From: Octopus vulgaris
Taxonomy: Eukaryota
NCBI GenBank assembly: GCA_951406725.2
Contig: OX597820.1
Span: 73,346,001 to 73,410,000, forward strand
Length of the DNA stretch: 64,000 bases
Direction: 5' to 3'
Below the pieces are notes generated by a model. It saw nothing but the letters and a program-made list of their open reading frames with translations. It searched no databases and was not told the DNA's origin. Position 1 is the stretch's first letter; the number at the start of each line of letters is the position of its first letter. Positions 1 to 14,621 of the stretch are shown here, piece by piece. A program made the translations under genes and the position numbers.

Positions 1-317
1 TCAATCTTTGCACTTTTAAAGTGCATTATGAAGTTGAAAAGGCAAAAAGCCGCCTCGGGGCATAACTGACTGATATTTTTCACATCCTAACTGATGGAGG
101 GTTTATTCCGATTCCGATCTTTTTCTCCTATATCGAAAATGATGGAAATATCCATAGCGACAACTGGAATTTCAGAAGTGTAAAATAAAAATATTGAAGA
201 AGAACCAACGATAAACACATATACACATGAAAACTTTCCAATATCGTTAATCCATATAAGTGCAAAACTGGTGTGCGCTTGAATAATATATCCACAAGAG
301 AGAACAACTTCTTTTAT

Positions 318-1130
318 ACAGACTCACGCACGCATACACACGCACACACACGCATACACACATACATTACACACGTACACACACACCTACATACACATGC
401 ATACACACACACAAACATGCACGGACACACCCAGACATACATACATACACGTATACACACACGCCCACACACCTACATACACACACATACATACACACAC
501 ATACACGGACACACCCATACATACTTACATACATACACCTATACACACACGCCTACACACCTACATACACATGCATACACACACACACACATGTACGCAC
601 ATACACACACATATACGCACATACATATATACCCCACACACATGCACACACACACACACATACGCACATGCATGCATGCATGCACACGCGCACACCTACA
701 CGCATACATGCATACATGCATACACAAACACACACGCACGTACACATACATACATACACACACACATACATACACCCATACACATACATGCATCCTACAC
801 ACACATACATACACACTCACACATACATACACACACACACACTCACTCACACACCTGTATGTACGCGCACACACATGCACATACACACACTTCCACACAC
901 CCACACGTACATACATACACACTCATACACATACACACACACACGGACATACATCTATGCACACACATATATACACACATACTTACATACATTCATCGGA
1001 CACACTGACACCCAGACATACACACAGACACACTCACACATCCACACACATACATACTTACGCACGCACTCGCAGGCGTGCGCACACACGCGCTTGCGCC
1101 GGTTCGCGCACGCATACGCGCATGCATGCA
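318..1130. repeat. Degenerate CA/CATA-rich low-complexity tract
   Basis: Runs of (CA)n, CATA and CACG; source of the spurious His/Thr ORFs 273..1328 etc. Confidence 0.9.
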
Positions 1131-1799
1131 CCTCGCTCTTGGACCCGACGAGACCTCCCGCTCGTTCCTGGGGCCGTCGCTTGTCGTTGGGTTCTCCCAC
1201 GCCCGTCTCCGCGGGACCACTCTTCCATCTTCCCCTCAGCTGGAGTCCTTTTTCCTTATAACCCCCCCTTTTTTGTTACACACACGCGCACACATACATA
1301 CACCCACTCACACACACACATTGCTTAAATACATACATTACTCTTACACACACTTCAAATCTACTCGCCATTAATACAACTACGACACTGGACACACACA
1401 CACTACTACTGGCACGTTACATACGCCCCCACCCCTTCCCCTCCCTCCCTTCCTCCTTCCTTCATTTTCTTACTACTGACCACTGTCTGCTGCCTACTAC
1501 TGTTCGCCCTACCTCACACGCCTACACACAGACGCACACACTAACATATACATATATTTTTTGTTTTTTTTTCTCGCCTCACACACACATACACACACGC
1601 ACACACTCACACATACACACACACATCTGTTGCGTTACCAACCCTGTCTCCACTCTTTTGGCTTTAAAAACCTACTTTGCTCTTGTTATCGTAAACTTCC
1701 GCCTTTCACCATGTGTACTTCGTAAACACCAGTCGTTTTTTTTTTCTCCCTCTTGTTGCCCACTTTGGGATCTTTCTTTCCTCTCTCTTCCTTCTTTAT

Positions 1800-1834
1800 G
1801 TTTCCGACGAAGAGCTCCGCTCGAAACGTCATAC
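1800..1834 (+). ncRNA. Minimal type-I hammerhead ribozyme motif (Penelope pLTR-type) within a short repeat ending at (TA)n
   Basis: GTTT-CCGACGA-A-GAGC-TCC-GCTC-GAAA-C-GTC-ATAC: core boxes, stem II GAGC/GCTC, loopless helix III with palindromic ACGT; related copies at 31460 and 51295. Confidence 0.7.
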
Positions 1835-1926
1835 CTTCCTGCTTTCATCTTTTCCTGAGCGCCTATTAATAATAATACTGTAATTGTTCCACGTGTTGTT
1901 GTTTTTTCTGTTTTCCCGTTTGGATT

Positions 1927-1998
<72 letters not shown>

Positions 1999-2774
1999 CA
2001 GGCGACTCCAGGGTATCAATGTCACTCGGGCTCATCACAGATTTCGCGTGAGACATATGTCTGCTCGAAGAATTTCACGTTTATCCACAATATTTCTAGC
2101 CCCAAATGGCCTATGTTTTCATATCTAGCACATTTCTAAGTCAAGGCTAAAAATAAAGCAACCCTGCAAAACACAACTGATCTTTACACACAAACCCACA
2201 GAGTAACAGCAATCAAATAGCGACAGCGCAGTGCACAACAACCTTGAGCGATCTGACTGTCGCTTGTACTCTTGACAAGAGATAACACATAGTCTTTTAC
2301 ACTTACTAGGCTTGTTCGTATTAGCCCGAGTTGCTGGATAATTTTTCGTACTTTTAAGAATATTGTAGAACGGAAAATTTTCATAGATTGGAATTTAAAT
2401 CTTAATCTATTGTTTCATGAAAACATTGAATTTGAATTACTTTTAATTTCTACGATTATAGATAACAACTCGGGCTATAACTTCTGAGCCCGTGTCAGGC
2501 GCGTGTGAACGATGTCGAGAGAACGTTAGCTACGAATAATATTTTTTTGACTCAGGACATCTCTAAGACGACCGCCAGACGCTGAACGAAAATAAATGAA
2601 CTGCGACCGGGTTCAATAAAGGAAGCCCGAATTATTGACTGAAATTACATACTTGAAATCAGTGTTGGCAGAATTTTAATCAACTGGCAAATACACGTTC
2701 ACTTTACTAAATTTATACTCGGCTAAGACCGTACCCAATGACAGAGTCGCCACTGGTAGATAGATAGATCGATC

Positions 2775-2834
<60 letters not shown>

Positions 2835-2975
2835 TAGATAGATAGATAGATAGATACATACATACATACATACATACATACATACATACATACATACATA
2901 CAAATATATATACACAAATTTATATATATACATACATACGTACATACATACATATGCATAAATACATACATATAA

Positions 2976-3031
<56 letters not shown>

Positions 3032-3046
3032 TGAATAGTTTCTCGT

Positions 3047-4010
3047 CACTTACACACAGAAGAAGCCCTCCAAAGGCTCATTAACTGTTTTGAGCAAGCA
3101 TGTAACGACTTTGGCTTAGCTATCAGCCTTTAGAAGACCAACATCATGGGCCAGGCTACATCGGACATCCCAAACATACATATTGGAGACCACAGATTAC
3201 AAGAGGTGGAGAAGTTTACCTATCTGGGCTCTACCGTCACCTACAACCTATCCCTTGACGCCGAGCTCAATATACGCATTGGCAAGGCAGCTGCTGCGAT
3301 GGCCCAACTCTCCAAACGGGCTTGGGACAACAATAAGCTGACCAAGACCACGAAAATGAAGATCTACCAGGCATGTGTACTCAGCACTCTACTGTATGGA
3401 AGTGAGACCTGGACGCTATACACACGCCAAGAGCGTCGCCTAAACATTTTTCACCCGCGCTGCCTCCGAAAAATCCTCCGCATCAAATGGCAGAATCATA
3501 TCCCCAACAAAGATGTCCTCAGGCAAGCAGGAATACCAAGCATGTTTGCACTCCTCACACAAAGACGTATGAGATGGCTTGGGCATGTTAGCCGTATGAA
3601 AGATGGAAGAATCCCCAAGGACATACTATACGGAGAGCTTGCTAGGGGTACTAGGTCTGTGGGTAGACCGATCTTACGTTACAAGGATGTTTGCAAAAGG
3701 GACATGAAGGCCTGCAACATCAATATTAGCGGTTGGGAGGCAGTTGCCGGCAACCGTGGAGAATGGCGACGTACTGTAAAAGAGGGAATACAAAGGAGTG
3801 ACAGAGAGAGAGGAGAAATGGAAAGAAAGGAAGAGACGTAAACAAGAGACTATGGCACTACAACCAGCCAGGAACAGTCTTCGCTACATTTGCGGTACCT
3901 GCCAGAGGGAGTGTTTGTCCAGGATAGGACTACACAGCCACAGCAGGAAATGTATCAGGACATGAAATATAAAAGCCGGACTAGACCTCCCGAGACAGAA
4001 AGGATGCCAA
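3047..4010 (+). mobile_element. RTE-clade (BovB-like) LINE, 5'-truncated 3' fragment, pseudogenised
   Basis: ORF 3146..3841 has FTYLGS, LLYGSETW, RWLGHVSRM, RIPKDILYGEL, GRPILRYKD; in-frame TAG at ~3131; frameshifted C-terminal CxxC...SRIGLHSH motif; ends at (TA)n. Confidence 0.93.
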
Positions 4011-4133
4011 TATATATATATATATATTAATTTCTAAAGTTTTTTAATCGAAATAGCTGTCAGCGATGTCCAGTTTTGTCATTAATAAATTATTATTAAT
4101 TATCTGTTATCTTATTTTCTTATATGTATGTAC

Positions 4134-4214
<81 letters not shown>

Positions 4215-4233
4215 TATACATATGAATGTATTA

Positions 4234-4454
4234 CGAAGGAGTACTGAAGAGTTCCTGGTTTTAAGGATGATGTCGCGAAAGGCCTGGTTGGAGGCCCAAT
4301 CTTCCAAGTTCTTTTTACAAGACTTAGAAAAACTGAAGGTCTGCTGTAATAAGCGTGTGAATCTGAGAGGGGAATATGTTGAATAAAATCATAATTAACT
4401 GAGCTTCATGTATTTTCTTTTACTGAAAGCCAGGAACTTTGAAACACCACAACG
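4234..4454 (+). mobile_element. Non-autonomous mariner derivative (MITE-like)
   Basis: Imperfect TIRs; internal FFLQDLEKLKVCCNKRVNLRGEYVE resembles a mariner transposase C-terminus; homologous copies at 13701 and 34288. Confidence 0.75.
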
Positions 4455-5209
4455 TATGTAAACAATGGGCTTCTTTCAATTTCTGTCAAGCAAATCCACT
4501 CAAAAGGCTTTGATTGTTCAGGAACTACTGCAGAAGACATAATGCCGTGCAAGGTACCGTACGTGGGACTGAACACGAGACCATATGGTTGGGAAACAAG
4601 CTTCTTAACCACACATCCATGTCTACTAATCTATCCCATTATCTATCACGATTATCGGAATTAACACGCGACCTGTTGTATGATTTACGGGTTTATTGGT
4701 GAAACTACAGTCATATTTCAGTCAGTTCTATTCAGCCATTATAAACTATTGATTACAAATAAAAAATAAGCAAATAAATAAATAAATAAATAACTATAGA
4801 CTTTGGCTCTGAATTCCCATGGTCAGTATCTGATGGTAAAGACTTCGTAAGAAAGCGAATATATCAAATATGCAAATAAAGTCTCCAATAATAAAACCGT
4901 CAAGCTCAGCTTAAGTTCATTGAGAAACTGTTCATTACACAACGAAGAACTGTTGAGTTGTTTAAGGAATATTTGCATAAAGAAGTAATTATTACCAGAT
5001 AACTATCGATTTCTAATTGATATTTAAGCATTATGATTTGTGATAAGCCTCGGTATATATACATAGACAGAAACATTTAAACGTACACGCTCACACACTC
5101 AAAATATGAATAAATACATGTATATATATATATATATATACATACATACATACGTTCCCAGACACACACACACATGTACACGTACATTTATGTGCGTGTG
5201 TATACCACA

Positions 5210-5259
<50 letters not shown>

Positions 5260-5366
5260 GTATGTGTGTGCGTGTGTGTGTATGCATGGATGGATTGATG
5301 GATGGATGAATGTACGCACACACAAATATACATATATACACACATATATCTTTATATCTACCTCTA

Positions 5367-5417
<51 letters not shown>

Positions 5418-6749
5418 TTACCTAGTTATCTATCGACCTATCTATATATATGTTTGCGTATGTGTTATGGATGCATGCATGTATCTATATATCTATGTCT
5501 GTCTGTCTGTATGCTATTATGTATAATGTAAGTATATATGTGTGTGTGTGTCTGTGTCTATGAATGTACGCATGTATGTGTGTATGCATGCATATATATA
5601 TATGCATATGTGCATGTATGTATGCCTGTATGTATGCATGTATGTACCGCATGCACAGAAAGACAGAGAAAGATACACACGTACATATATGCGTACGCAC
5701 GAACATACATCCAAATCGAAATACGAATACTTACTGAAACGTGCCCGTCTTGTTCAGATCATCACATCGTACACGACCAAGGACGCTCTGACATGTTTAT
5801 TGAAGAAATTAATTGGTGTAGTTAGTTGAAAAATAGTGAGAAGCTCTATGCCAGGCTGGGCGTAGTTGTAAAAGTAACTAACAGGAAAAACGAGCCGTGA
5901 TCATGTTAGCGCTTGAGATTAACGATTTCTGAAAGAGAGAATTGAGTTAGTTGTCGCCAGTAAACGATAAGAGACGATCAAATATCTGCTAAGGATTTCG
6001 TTGCTGTAGGTAATTGCTGATGTTCACAAAGGAATTCAGAAGTGAAAACGTCGATCAAAGAAGTTATACTTGTTGTTCTTGCTGTTGTCAGGGTTATTTA
6101 GCTGCAAGTCAATGCATCCAAAAGCATCCAGTAATATTTTTTTGACTATCTTATCAATCGTTGGTTCAGTTGAACGATTTTGTTGCTGACGTTCAATTGA
6201 ACACTAAAATAAGTGACCAGCATCTTTTATTCGTGTTGGTTTCTCTGAATCGTTTTGACATATGGAATTCCTTCTCATGAAATATACGAGTGTGTAAGCA
6301 ACCGAATACTCGCAAGATACGGTTATACCTAGAACCAGGGTTGGCCTATGACCGTCAGTCCAGATGTTCCTTTCTCTTCTGCTTCTTAAGCAAATCCGCC
6401 ATCTTTCGTTGGCTTGCCAGGCCTGTTGCGAATTCACTACATTAATTATGTCACAAATTGCTTTTGCAAAGGATGTGTCTGAATGATTTAACAACACCTT
6501 GCGAACATTTAGTTTTGATTTTATTTACGTCTCACATCATACTAGGTTGGTCAGGAATTACAAAATATCCACATAGGATTAACAAGATGTAAGAAATATA
6601 ATGCAACATGCAATGTAACTAGATATCAAAACTTAGCACTGAGTCTGGATTCAACACAGGAATATATATATATATATGCGCGCCGCTTTATATCTGCCGT
6701 TAAATAATGCATGCCAGGATAAGCATGCTGACATTAGAACGACTATTTT

Positions 6750-7146
6750 ATTTTTTTACTTGTTTCAGTCATTTGATTGCGGCCATGCTGGAACACCGCG
6801 TTTAGTCGAACAAATCGACCGCAGGATTTATTCTTTGTAAACCCAGTACTTATTCTATCGGCCTCTTTTGCCGAACCGCTTATATACGGAGACATAAACA
6901 CGCCAACATCGGTCGTCGAGCGACGGTGGGGGAAAAAAACACAGATACACAAACACACACACACACACACATTTTTAATATGGGACAGGCTTGTTTCAGT
7001 TCGCGTCTACCAAATCCACTCACGAAGTTTCAGTCGGCCCGAGGCTATAGTAGAAGACACTTGCCCAAGGTACTATACTGTGGGACTGAACCCGGAACCA
7101 TGTGGTTGGAAAGCAAGCTTATTACAACACAACCATGCCTGCGCCT
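6750..7146 (-). mobile_element. tRNA-derived SINE, family A
   Basis: Reverse complement of the head (A/B-box-like TGGCTGTGTGG...GGTTCAGTCCC), body and CCAGCATGGCCGCAGTCAAATGACTGAAAC tail seen in >20 copies in the window. Confidence 0.85.
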
Positions 7147-7687
7147 ATATATGAGAAGTGTTTGTAACGAACCGCAGCCTAGCACTCACTGAAGCTTGGC
7201 GAGAGTGGCGATGGCATTCTGTTTGGACGTCTACAACATTCTGCGAATGGCGCTCTTTTACCGACTTTATTTATAGGATATTTACATGGAACAATCTAGA
7301 AAGATCTGGAGAAGCTATCACGTGAAAACCAGCCACTGATTGCCTGATAACTCAGCTTCACACGTTAAAGAGTGGAGCGATGTGTTGGCTTGAAGTCCGT
7401 AATTGTGACGGCTCGAGTTCGGGTCTTTCTACATTCATGTTTGCTTGCCGAGTGGACGTGAGAAGAGGTGTTTTGTTCAAGATTACAACGCATCTTCCGA
7501 CCCAGGACTCGAAACCACAATCGTACAGTCATGAGGCCAACACCGTTACCACTAAATCATGCATCTCCACTGCTCTACAGATACTTAACGTAATTGTTTG
7601 AGCTGACACAATATGGCAAGACTGGATCCTTTGAATTCCAGGTACCTGTCAGAAAGAGAGAGAGGGAAGCAAAAGAGAGAGGGAAGC

Positions 7688-7725
<38 letters not shown>

Positions 7726-8103
7726 CCACGTAATCCCAAACTGTATTCTTTGAGTGTATCCCGGATAAGAAAGGTGGCTAGAAGGTAGAAAGGAAGGATT
7801 TAAGATTTGTGGCACTTCAAAGAAGAAAATAAAGGCGGCTTAGATTCGTATAGAGTCAATAACCAAGTCGAAGCCATAGACTTGCGTTTAAACAAGAGGA
7901 CATTGTTTATGTGCTTTTTCTCCATATTTTTGAGATTTAAATAGTGTTCCTGGAAATCTGTAGCTTTGGGTGGAAAACAAAGGAAAGAGGAATTTAACGC
8001 ATTTATATATAAAGGTTCCTGTTGATTGCTATCGCAGAAATTACAGCCTAAAATCAATGGCCTGTCATAAAGTATCACCCAAACTCAATTAGTAGTTAGG
8101 AAA

Positions 8104-8450
<347 letters not shown>

Positions 8451-9032
8451 GATACAGATATATTATAGATACTATAATGAAGAAAGCTGCTAATTATTTA
8501 GGTGGAGTTATGTAACTTTTACGAAAAGAAAGCAATAATTAATTTCTCCGTTACCTATAAAATTCCTTAAAACTATAATTTTGATATATTTTTATCAAAA
8601 TGGGGCTTTTAATATTCTTTTCAACTAAACGGTTGATATTAATTCAATGTGAGCGTTCTTTTTAACCTTTAATGCGACGTAGCATTTGTAAAGTCTTAAG
8701 GCTTTCTCTCTCTCTCTCTCCCTCCCACTCACTCTCCCTATCTATCTGTCTATTTTTCTCTACCCCCTTTTTTCCCATTTTTCCATTTCTGTACATTCTC
8801 TTTAAATGCAAACGATATATACATTTATATACAAAAAGAAAAGAATATTCATTCACGATTATTATACAAAAAATATATTTATAAAACTTTAAATGCGTTT
8901 TTATTTTCTCCTTTGACCAATTACGCGAGCGCTCAAATCTCTTTCTCGGTGATTTACATATGTGTTCCTAAATCATAGGTAAATAATCCTTCGAACAGAC
9001 GGTCAGTAGCGACGCCTGCTGGGTTCGGCTGC

Positions 9033-9075
9033 TCTACATTGATAAGGGTCAAATACGCTGAAACTAGTCTGCAGA
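9033..9075 (+). ncRNA. Degenerate minimal type-I hammerhead motif inside a rod-like hairpin (8983-9126)
   Basis: TCTACA-TTGATAA-...-GAAAC-TA-GTC-TGCAGA; core box has 2 substitutions; flanking arms ATAATCCTTCGAAC/GTTCGAAGGGTTAT, GTCAGT/GCTGAC, TGCTGG/CCAGCA. Confidence 0.5.
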
Positions 9076-9394
9076 TGCCAGACCAGCAAGGGGAAGTGGC
9101 TGACTTCCCCCGTTCGAAGGGTTATAGTGAACACAGCTTCGTGTTTCAAATAGCTAGCTTGAGGCGATGGCCTCTTGGAGCTAATCAACAGCAGCATTCG
9201 TCCTATTTTTTGGACTGCCGTATTAGCTTGGCGATAACTATTAATATATATATATATATATTAAAGGAATTTTTTTGCCAACCTCATGTGACAGTCCCAT
9301 TTGGGGACTAATGCTACTGTAGCATTCGCTACTGAATTTCTCTTGTTGAGAGATTTAGGAACAAAAATGTTTGTATTTTATATTCATATATATA

Positions 9395-9464
<70 letters not shown>

Positions 9465-9943
9465 CCCTTACACACAAAGCCACAAACACATATTCTCTTA
9501 CATAGACTCAAAGGCACATATGAGCTTACAATCGTAAAGTCATAGATTTGATTACCGGACCAGATGGCGCAGTGTGCTGTTGAAAATCAGTTGAAATGAA
9601 CACCAGCCACTGTCATATTCTGGGTTTTCCGCCAGAATAAGAGTGGAGGAGGAGCATGTCAACTTGCGACAACGTTAAGCCTTAAAGCAATCAATTATTA
9701 AAAGCATGATTCATACTGTCAAGGCATTATCGATTCTGGGTGACGGCCATAGTAGCTGTGTGTTTACGTGCATGTGCGAGTGAGTGTGTGTGTGTGTTTG
9801 TACAAATAAACAGATTCCAAAAAAATGATTCCCAAAAAATTTCCACAGATTCCAAAAACTATTTCACACTCTCTCGAAAGTTTATATACACACACACACT
9901 CACACGCGCGCGCGCACACATGCACACAAACATATATAAGGCG

Positions 9944-10272
9944 GTTCCGGGTTCAGTACCACTGCATAGCACCTTGGGCAAGTATCTTCCACTATAGTCT
10001 CGGGTTGACCAATACCTTGCAAATGGATTTGGTAGACGGAAATTGAAAGAAGCCCGTCACATATGTGTATGTGTCTTTATGCCTGTGCTTGTCCCCTGCC
10101 ACCACTTTACAACCGGTGTTGGTCTGTTTATATCCCGTTACCTCGCAGTTCGGCAAAAAGGAGTCATTAAAATAAGTACCAGGCTTTAAAAACCGTCCTG
10201 GGGCGGATTTGTTCAACTAAAACTCCTCAAGGCAGTGCTCCTGCTTGGCCACAGTCAAATGACTGAAACAAA
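9944..10272 (+). mobile_element. SINE family A, 5'-truncated
   Basis: Matches body and tail of the other copies. Confidence 0.8.
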
Positions 10273-10340
10273 AAATAATAGATAGACAGACACACAGAAA
10301 GGCAGACGGACACATACATACATAGATACATACATACTTA

Positions 10341-10741
10341 CATAAGTCCAGATTTACACCTGTAATCATTGGGGTCCTGGGATATGTAACACACTGCCTA
10401 AGTACCAAACTTGAGAAATTAGGCTTCTCAAAACCTGGAAAGAGAAAGCTAATTCGAAGACTATAGATCCAGTCCATCACTGGAACTGTAAAAATCTGTA
10501 AAACGTTCCAGAGGTTTTATCATTTAAATATACACGAGCATGTCTAGACATGCAACTATATGCATAATAATATATACATAAAGCAAAACGTACAAATATA
10601 CGCATATACTATACATACATACATACAAAAATACGCCCTTGTTGATGTTGAAATTCCAATGAAGGGCCTTGGATCTAGGTTAGAAACCGGTTCTTTCTCT
10701 ATTGGCAAGAAATCTTGAAATAAAGCTGAACAATGACATAC
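10341..10741 (+). mobile_element. R4/Dong-like (RLE) non-LTR retrotransposon 3' end
   Basis: PVIIGVLGYV...LQIQS.TGTVKICK-type C-terminus plus 3' UTR shared with the 12259 and 34101 copies; embedded in (CATA)n. Confidence 0.7.
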
Positions 10742-11286
10742 TTAGATGATGTAATGTAAAGTAAGTTTGGGTGTTCGGCTTGGGCAATAGTCTGGTGTAT
10801 CCTTTCTGCAGCACTTAATGGAAACTCCTAACTAACCACAATGGTAATCTCGATAATCCTCTGCTGCAGGAACTCCATCCAATTATGGCTGGCATAACTT
10901 GTGTTTATATAAAGCGTAGAGTAACATATAAGACAAAGAAGATGGGATTACCATTGTTTCGTTACCATTGCGCAAGTATATTAGCAAACTTTGTTAAGCG
11001 TCGGATGTCGCTTCACTCTGCACGGTTCTTTTACTTGTGTCAGTCATTTGGCAGCGGCCATGCAGGAGCAACGCCTTAAAGGATTCTAGCCGAAGAAATC
11101 GATCGCTGGACTAATTCTTTTTTTATGTTAATCCAAGTACTTATTCCATTGGGTGTCTTTTGCCGAACCGCTAAGTTAAGGGCACATAAACACACCAACA
11201 CCAGTTGCCAAGCAATGATGTATGCGTGTGTGAGTGGGCGGACAAACAGAGACACGAAGACACATACACATAAATATATACATATT

Positions 11287-11668
11287 GGAGTGGCTGTGTG
11301 GTAAGTAGCTTCCGGGTTCAGTCCCACTGGGTGGCATCTTGGGCAAGTGTCTTCTACTATAGCCCCGGGCCGACTGAAGCCTTGTGAGTGGATTTGGTAG
11401 ACGGAAACTGAAAAAAGCCTGTCGTATATGTGTATATATATATGTGTGTGTGTTTGTGTGTGTGTTTGTCTCCCTAGCATTGCTTGACAACCGATGCTGG
11501 TGTGTTTAAGTCCCCGTCACTTAGTGGTTCGGCAAAAGAGACCGATAGAATAAGTACTGAGCTTACAAAGAATAAGTCCCGGGGTCGAATTGCTCGACTA
11601 AAGGCGGTGCTCCAGCATGGCCGCAGTCAAATGACTGAAACAAGTAAAAGAGTAAAAGAGTAAAGAGT
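11287..11668 (+). mobile_element. SINE family A (back-to-back with a minus-strand partial copy at ~11027-11280)
   Basis: Head, internal TA/TG microsatellite, tail and (AAAAGAGT)n end. Confidence 0.85.
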
Positions 11669-12159
11669 ATATAGGACGAGCTGTTTTCATTTCCGTGTAC
11701 TAAATCCAATTACAAGGTTTTGTGGAAGACACTTGCCCAAGGTGCGAAGCAGTAGGACTGAAACCAGAACCATGGGTGAATTTACACATTTCTTTTGAAA
11801 TTTGTCACACAATCATTTTCATATAATGGTATTCGAATTGAACTGATGCTGAAACAATCGTAACATATATTAAACTTAGACTATATATTAAACTTAGACT
11901 ATATATATTGCGCCATATTTATTTCAATGAATGCTCACTCACCTTTGGATAGAAAGATGAAAACATTTTTTCTGAATTACTTCAGTTGATGCAGATATGA
12001 AAAGATAGAATAGAACAGGAAAGATGGTATTTAATGATAAGTAAAAACAAAACTGCAGTAAAATGAAAATAAGAATTTAATATACTTACATGCTAAAAGG
12101 ACTTCTGAAACACTGCATGTATGAATGAATGTATGTATATATGTATGTTTGCATGCATA

Positions 12160-12198
<39 letters not shown>

Positions 12199-12258
12199 GA
12201 CTGTCTGTCTGTATGTATGTATGTATGTATGTATGTATGTATGTATGTATGTATATGT

Positions 12259-12462
12259 GTCATTGTTCCGTTTTTTTTATTTCAAGATTTCTTGCCAATA
12301 GAGAAAGAACCGGTTTCTAACCTAGATCCAAGGTTCCTTCAGTGGAATTTCAAAATCAACAACAGGATATTTTTGTATGTATGTATGTATGTATGTATGT
12401 ATGTATGTATGTACGTATGTACGTATGTATGTATGTCTGTATGTATGTATTATGTATGTCTG

Positions 12463-12496
<34 letters not shown>

Positions 12497-12884
12497 TGTA
12501 TGTATGTATGTATGTATGTATGTATGTATGTATGTGCAGATATTTATTTTTTGTTTTATGTATGTCTTCTCATGCATATTTAAATGACAAACTTCTGGAA
12601 AGTTTTACAGATTTTTACAGTTCCAGTGCTGGATTGGATCTGCAGTCTTCGAATTAGCTTTCCCCTTTCTGGTTTTGAGAAGCCTAATTTCTCAAGATTG
12701 GTATTTAGGCAGTGTGTTACATATCCCAGGACCCCAATAATTACAGGTATAAACCTGAACTCGTAATCTGGGTAGTGTAACTGCAGATAATTTCTCACAA
12801 GTTCAGCATAGGTGTTCTCTTTTTCACTGATCTTCAGCTTTATGTTAACATCCGCTGGGCAGCTAATTTCCACAACTGAGGAAA
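12259..12884 (-). mobile_element. R4/Dong-like (RLE) non-LTR retrotransposon 3' end
   Basis: ORF 12580..12873 EISCPADVN...EKENTYAEL...FIPVIIGVLGYV resembles the end of the restriction-like endonuclease domain; flanked on both sides by (TATG)n. Confidence 0.75.
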
Positions 12885-13494
12885 TTATGTATGTATGTAT
12901 GTATGTATGTATGTATGTATGTATGTATGTATGTATGTATGTATGTATGTATGTATGTATGTATGTATGTGTGTATGTATGTATGTATGTATGTATGTGT
13001 TTGTGAGTGTGTGTGTGTATGAAAGTATGTGAAAATGGACCTCGAAAGCTTATAAATGAACTGAGTAATTCGTGATGGGTACATTATGAGAAATGAAACC
13101 AGTCACTTTAATCCAACTTCAAGTTGACGAAAGTTCGATAGTTTATCCATCGGGTCTATTTTTGCTGAGATACTAGATATATGCTTGTTTAGCATATTCT
13201 GTATGACATCAATGTACATATATATTAACGAATGAACTACTTAAGTATTATATATACAGATATGTATGTGCTGTGTATGTCATGGGAATTTGAAAAACTT
13301 CGAGAAACGTGAAATAATTGGGGGTTTTCTCAAACGGTGGAACTCGAAATAAATACAGCTATAGTTAATAGCGTGTAGATATCGGGTAAAGAAAACTCTT
13401 TGGGTAGAAAAAGTCGAAGATTTGCCGTGGGACTCGAACCCTCATCGTTTATAGACACGACGTCTGTTTAAGCTTCTAATTCTTTGACGTAATA

Positions 13495-13699
13495 CAGTAA
13501 TCCCTCGCCATATCACGGTTCACCTATCGCGGTTTATTATTTAAGCTTACGTCGATTCCGCCGTGGTGTTGTCTTGAAATTTATAATAAAACAAATAGAT
13601 AAAAATTATAAAAATAATAACAAGAAATATACAGTACAGTACTGTTTCTACTTCGCGGATTTTTGTAACGTAACATCCGCGATAATCGAGGAATTGCTG
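13495..13699. mobile_element. Tigger/pogo-type MITE
   Basis: TA-CAGTAATCCCTCG...CGAGGAATTGCTG-TA terminal inverted repeats with TA duplication. Confidence 0.75.
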
Positions 13700-13700
13700 T

Positions 13701-13835
13701 AACATACTATTCACATACTTATTAGAGCGGTCCTTCTGTTTTTCTAAGCCTTATAAAAAAGAACATGGAAGGTTGGGCCTCCAACCAGGCCTTTCACGAT
13801 ACCCTTAAAACCAAGAACTTTTCGACACCCTTTCG
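13701..13835 (-). mobile_element. Mariner-derived MITE, partial
   Basis: Reverse complement of part of the 4234-4454 element. Confidence 0.7.
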
Positions 13836-13884
13836 TATATGTGCATGTGTGTGTGAGCATATATCATACACAGATAGACAGACA

Positions 13885-13941
<57 letters not shown>

Positions 13942-14621
13942 GATATATTACGTGCTTGTTTGTGTACCTTCGTGCTCACTCACAAAATCATATTTATAAC
14001 CGTGTCTTCAGCGAATTTTCCATTACCCATACAAACCACTATAAACCCACCCCTATTAACTTTCGGAAATGCATCAACGTTTCAACTTTCTATATCCGTT
14101 CTTCTATAGAGCAGAGACTCTTTCAAATTTACGTAAATGTTTAAATATTAGCTCTTTTGCAACAAAATCTGGTAATTTAACAAGATAGACAAATAATTTT
14201 GTATATAAACTGATCGTATTTTGGAAATCGATATAAAATGTTTGGATTCAGTTAATGTATTGTGACTGTCAATTGAGCTTAAATGATTTGTATGTGTTGG
14301 AAATTGCTTTTATTGATTAGCCATTGTAAAGTTGATTGGTCAATTAGTTGCTAATAGCAACCCAACAAACAATCACAATAGAAAGTGGTTTCACAGATTG
14401 TTAGACGTTCAATTTTCTATTTGAAATAATTATCCATTTTAAATTATCAACCAAATATTGCTCTTATCTAGGTCAGGTTAACATTAGGATGAAGAGAATT
14501 TTAAAACTCACTTTACATTGCTGATTTGATAGAGCCGCACACGTATTTTCTTTACATCCGGCTATTGATTTTTCTATAAAACAAAACAAAAACGATAGAA
14601 AAACGAGTATTACTATGGTTT

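Noticed and set aside
88-120. CTGATGG-AGGG-TTTA-TTCC-GATT possible hammerhead remnant
   Set aside because: No GAAA box, helix III or helix I
273-1328. 351-aa His/Thr-rich ORF and the many similar [12 protein letters not shown] ORFs (e.g. 32885..34105, 41865..42695)
   Set aside because: Translations of stop-free microsatellites; no domain content
10656-10695. CCAATGA...GAAACCGGTT hammerhead-like string in the R4-like 3' UTR
   Set aside because: Essential G5 is absent in the copies here and helix I does not pair; more likely a LINE 3' stem-loop
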